Assembly (NCBI GenBank): GCA_050084515.1
Contig: CM114271.1
Coordinates: forward strand, 9,672,001 to 9,736,000
Length of the DNA stretch: 64,000 bases
Source of the DNA: Blasia pusilla
Lineage: Eukaryota
Direction of reading: 5' to 3'
The notes below the pieces were generated by a model that saw only the letters and a list, made by a program, of their open reading frames with translations, searched no databases and had not been told where the DNA came from. Numbering within the stretch: position 1 is the first letter of the stretch; every line of letters begins with the position of its first letter. The position numbers were made by a program, and so were the translations under genes. Shown piece by piece: positions 61,201-64,000 of the stretch.

Positions 61201-63548
61201 TCCTTATCGGTGATGTCTTCAGGGTCGTTGAAGTCAAGCTAAATGGGGCAATTCTCCACCTCCCAATCGGACATGTGCTGCCCCATCTCCATGTCGTACA
61301 TGGAGAATGTCTCTCCATCAGGCGGCGAAGCCCACAATTTCAAGGTTTCCGGTAATTTTCCCCAGTTACCTGCATTCTTACACTGGACGAGGTACCTAAA
61401 GACCATCCGTTGGGCAGCTTTTACTCAAACTGAATCGGCCGTCTGCTCCTGTAGATCTCGCTTCTTCTTTGCTTGATCCCGTTTGTTCCCCTCGATTTCT
61501 TTGTCAAGCTCTGCCTGAGGGAGGACGCAAACCTTGAACATTATCTTGAATCCTAGGTTTTTTATTGGCTTATCCCGGATATCGTCAAGCCAAACCTCGA
61601 AATCTACAGAACTTTCTAGGTTTGCTTCATCCGGAATGGGCTCTAATCTTTTGAGCTCCGCTTGCAGACCGTCTAGCACGGACTTCCCGATAACCAATAG
61701 CAGCCCCAAAGACGACCATTCGCGTAGCCACTGGGAGATCACTGGATCGGACACACCCGGAGGATGGTGTTCCGCCCTCTTCTGGGCCTCTGTGCCCTCG
61801 AGATTGATTTTCATCAGCCGGATCCTCCTAAACTTGCTTATGCCGGACAACGCAAATCGATGCACGCGATCCAGGGACACTTTTCGACGGATTGCATTCA
61901 GATTTGCTAATGCCTAATGAGGGAATGGATGAAGGACCACTGCCTTCACGCAAAAATGTGCCTCCAAGGAGTTGGGCCGCTCCTCTGCAAACTTGGTCCA
62001 CGCCATGAACCTGTGATTTCCATCCCAGATGAAGAAATACAGATTCCTCATCCAGCTGAATTCCGTGCCCTCTACTTGCCTTCTGAAATCCTGGTCTCTC
62101 ATCCTCCAGAATGTGTCAATCTTTTCCAAGTCCTCCTCCGTAACCAGGGCTTGGGTTCCATGCTCGTCGTAAGGCTGAACATAGAAGGGAGGAAAGCTAT
62201 CGACGTAGGATGTTGTCTCCGCCGATTGTTTAAGCTTCGCGATGTCTTGGTCGGACTGAATTTTGCGGACGTATTCCATTGTCTGCAATCGGCAGAGTGG
62301 AATCCTCAGGGCGTTGTGGCCCTCCATGAGTGCCATCTGCTTTACCACCTGTCAGAACCGGGACAAGATCAATAAGCTACACTGAATTCCCAATGAATTG
62401 CAATTCACATAATTAAAAAAATCCAGATCCTCTCGTACCCGCTCGAAAATTGGGTCGGTTTCTTGACCAGCCAACTTGTCTGAGAAAATCTGGAAGCTGG
62501 AAAATCGACTGGGAACTCGTCGATCCAATAGAGGTCGATGTCTTCCGCCGCGCTTGAAGACGAGAATGACCGCTCTCCGGATTCTTCAGCAATGTCCACC
62601 ATCTCCACGCTGGCGGTCCTCATGACCTCATCGTCCGTGATTTGAACTTTTGGCATTTCCGCTATGTTGATTGTGTCCCCGGACTTCATCGGGGACATTT
62701 CCCGCATCTCAACACTTTCGGTTGGACGGGCAGGGCTGTTGTCAATGGCTATCGCTTTTTCCCTCCTCGCTTTAGCCAAGTCTGCTCTCCTCACCGACGC
62801 GTCCAGATGCTTCTTTTCTCTCTTTTCGTCGGCGATCCTTTTCTTCAAGGCCTTCGTCGTCTCAGCCTCTGCGTTCTGTCTATCGAGCGTCTCTTGAACA
62901 CGTCTCGCAAGAAGCTTCTAGTTGTGCATCTCCGCTTCCCTTTCCCGCTCCTCGATTTCCTGTTGCCTAATTTCATTTGCGTTTAACGAGGCCTCGGAGA
63001 TCTTGACGCAGAGTCCTAATGGACTTCGAGTGAAACTCCGCACTTGTTTGCTGTGATTTTTCCACGTCATTTTTTCCGGAAATGCCTCCACCTATGTCCA
63101 CGATGAATCGCTTGATCAGTCGCCTTGCTGATGTCGAGATGAGTCGCCTTGATGGGTAGCTCGAATCGTCTCGCGATCATTCAGTCGAACCGTCTCGCTC
63201 TCGTTCGGTCGAACCGTCTCGCTCTCGTTCCCTCGTATCGACTCGCGATGACTCGCCGTGTGAAACGCCCCTTGGTATCTGATCAGCTGCTGCGCGGGAG
63301 AGAGAGGAATGGAGATCGCGAAATGAGAAACCGGAAATGAGCGATTTAGGCCCTATTTATACTTTTCTAGCCGTTGGGCTGACTGTTGGGTCCCGTCGTC
63401 CTTTTGACGGCGACGTGCCGGAGGTTACGGAAGTCCGGACGTGAAAAATGGCAACCCGTCGGAGTCCGACAGTTTGCGCGCCTCCGCCGTCCTGGGTACG
63501 TCGCCACGTGCGGAAGAAACCCGTTGGAGACCGATGGGTTGAGCACCT
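58239..63548 (-). mobile_element. Mutator-like element copy 6: right terminus and gene A on minus with several deletions
   Basis: Starts GGGGGCAGGTATTCTGGCA, the reverse complement of the 14383 end; very similar to copy 4. Confidence 0.8.
59294..63070 (-). pseudogene. Gene A, copy 6
   Basis: ORFs 62405..62848, 61914..62348 (DGNHR), 61425..61880, 60654..61085, 60090..60299 and 59886..60077 (VFDLVGLSGASIKGAWESGRNILCLE). Confidence 0.8.
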
Positions 63549-64000
63549 CTGCCAATACATCCTTCCTATTCCATTGCCACTCAAGACATCTTTCGTGGCG
63601 ATGATCTCCATTTTTGCCTCCCGAGCTGATGCAATTCATTTTGCTCTCTCCACCGTTGGCCTGCACATTCTGTTTCTCTTCACCCCATTTCTAGACTCAA
63701 ACAGAAATAATGGATTGAGATCATCCACCTTCTCCGGGTACATGTTGACATCAATGCTGGGTTGAATACGAAATGCGAAGGTCTCTGTAATGCGAACTTG
63801 TAAGATTGTCCACTTCGTCTTGAGTGCAGTTCGTACCTGCGGCAATGGGCCAAATCATGGGGGTATTCCCGGGAGCTCCAATGGCAGCCGGATAAGACTT
63901 CCGGAAAGCGCAAGATTCATTTGGGCAGAAGAAGTACTTCAATTGATCCCCGGTCCTCGTGAAACGATCAAAGGTTTTGAGTCCCCAAAACCCAGGCAGT
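63549..64000 (-). pseudogene. Gene B exon 2 fragment
   Basis: Reverse complement of 41015-41505 (KYFFCPNESC, KVDDLNPLFLFESRNG); runs off the window. Confidence 0.75.

Noticed and set aside
1-64000. Bacterial, phage or plasmid origin suggested by ParB and methyltransferase motifs
   Set aside because: The genes have spliceosomal introns and TATA boxes and are nested with LTR retrotransposons and plant telomere repeats

Overview
Eukaryotic, most likely land-plant DNA (GT-AG introns, TATA boxes, an interstitial CCCTAAA telomere run, a tRNA-Asp primer-binding site) made almost entirely of nested, decaying transposons; no intact host gene is visible. The dominant component is six partial copies of a large (>12 kb) Mutator-like element with two divergent spliced genes. 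Gene B is a transposase (Cys/His-rich N-terminus, MULE DDE core, SWIM finger). Gene A is a ~1300-aa fusion of a coiled coil, a ParB/Srx-like domain (DGNHR) and a divergent beta-class (N4C/N6A-type) DNA methyltransferase. The non-coding DNA of this element (long introns, intergenic promoter, subterminal regions) is filled with well over 100 copies, by eye, of a 27-bp palindrome GCAACCCGTCGGA-N-TCCGACGGGTTGC that is absent from the exons. Interleaved are two Athila/Tat-like LTR retrotransposon fragments, a 3.8-kb TG..CA retroelement (4-bp TSD) encoding gag, protease and a C5 DNA methyltransferase, and a P-element-like transposase gene split by a ~24.6-kb insertion, next to an EDM2-like triple PHD-finger gene. 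All protein assignments come from motif recognition by eye; no database search was run.
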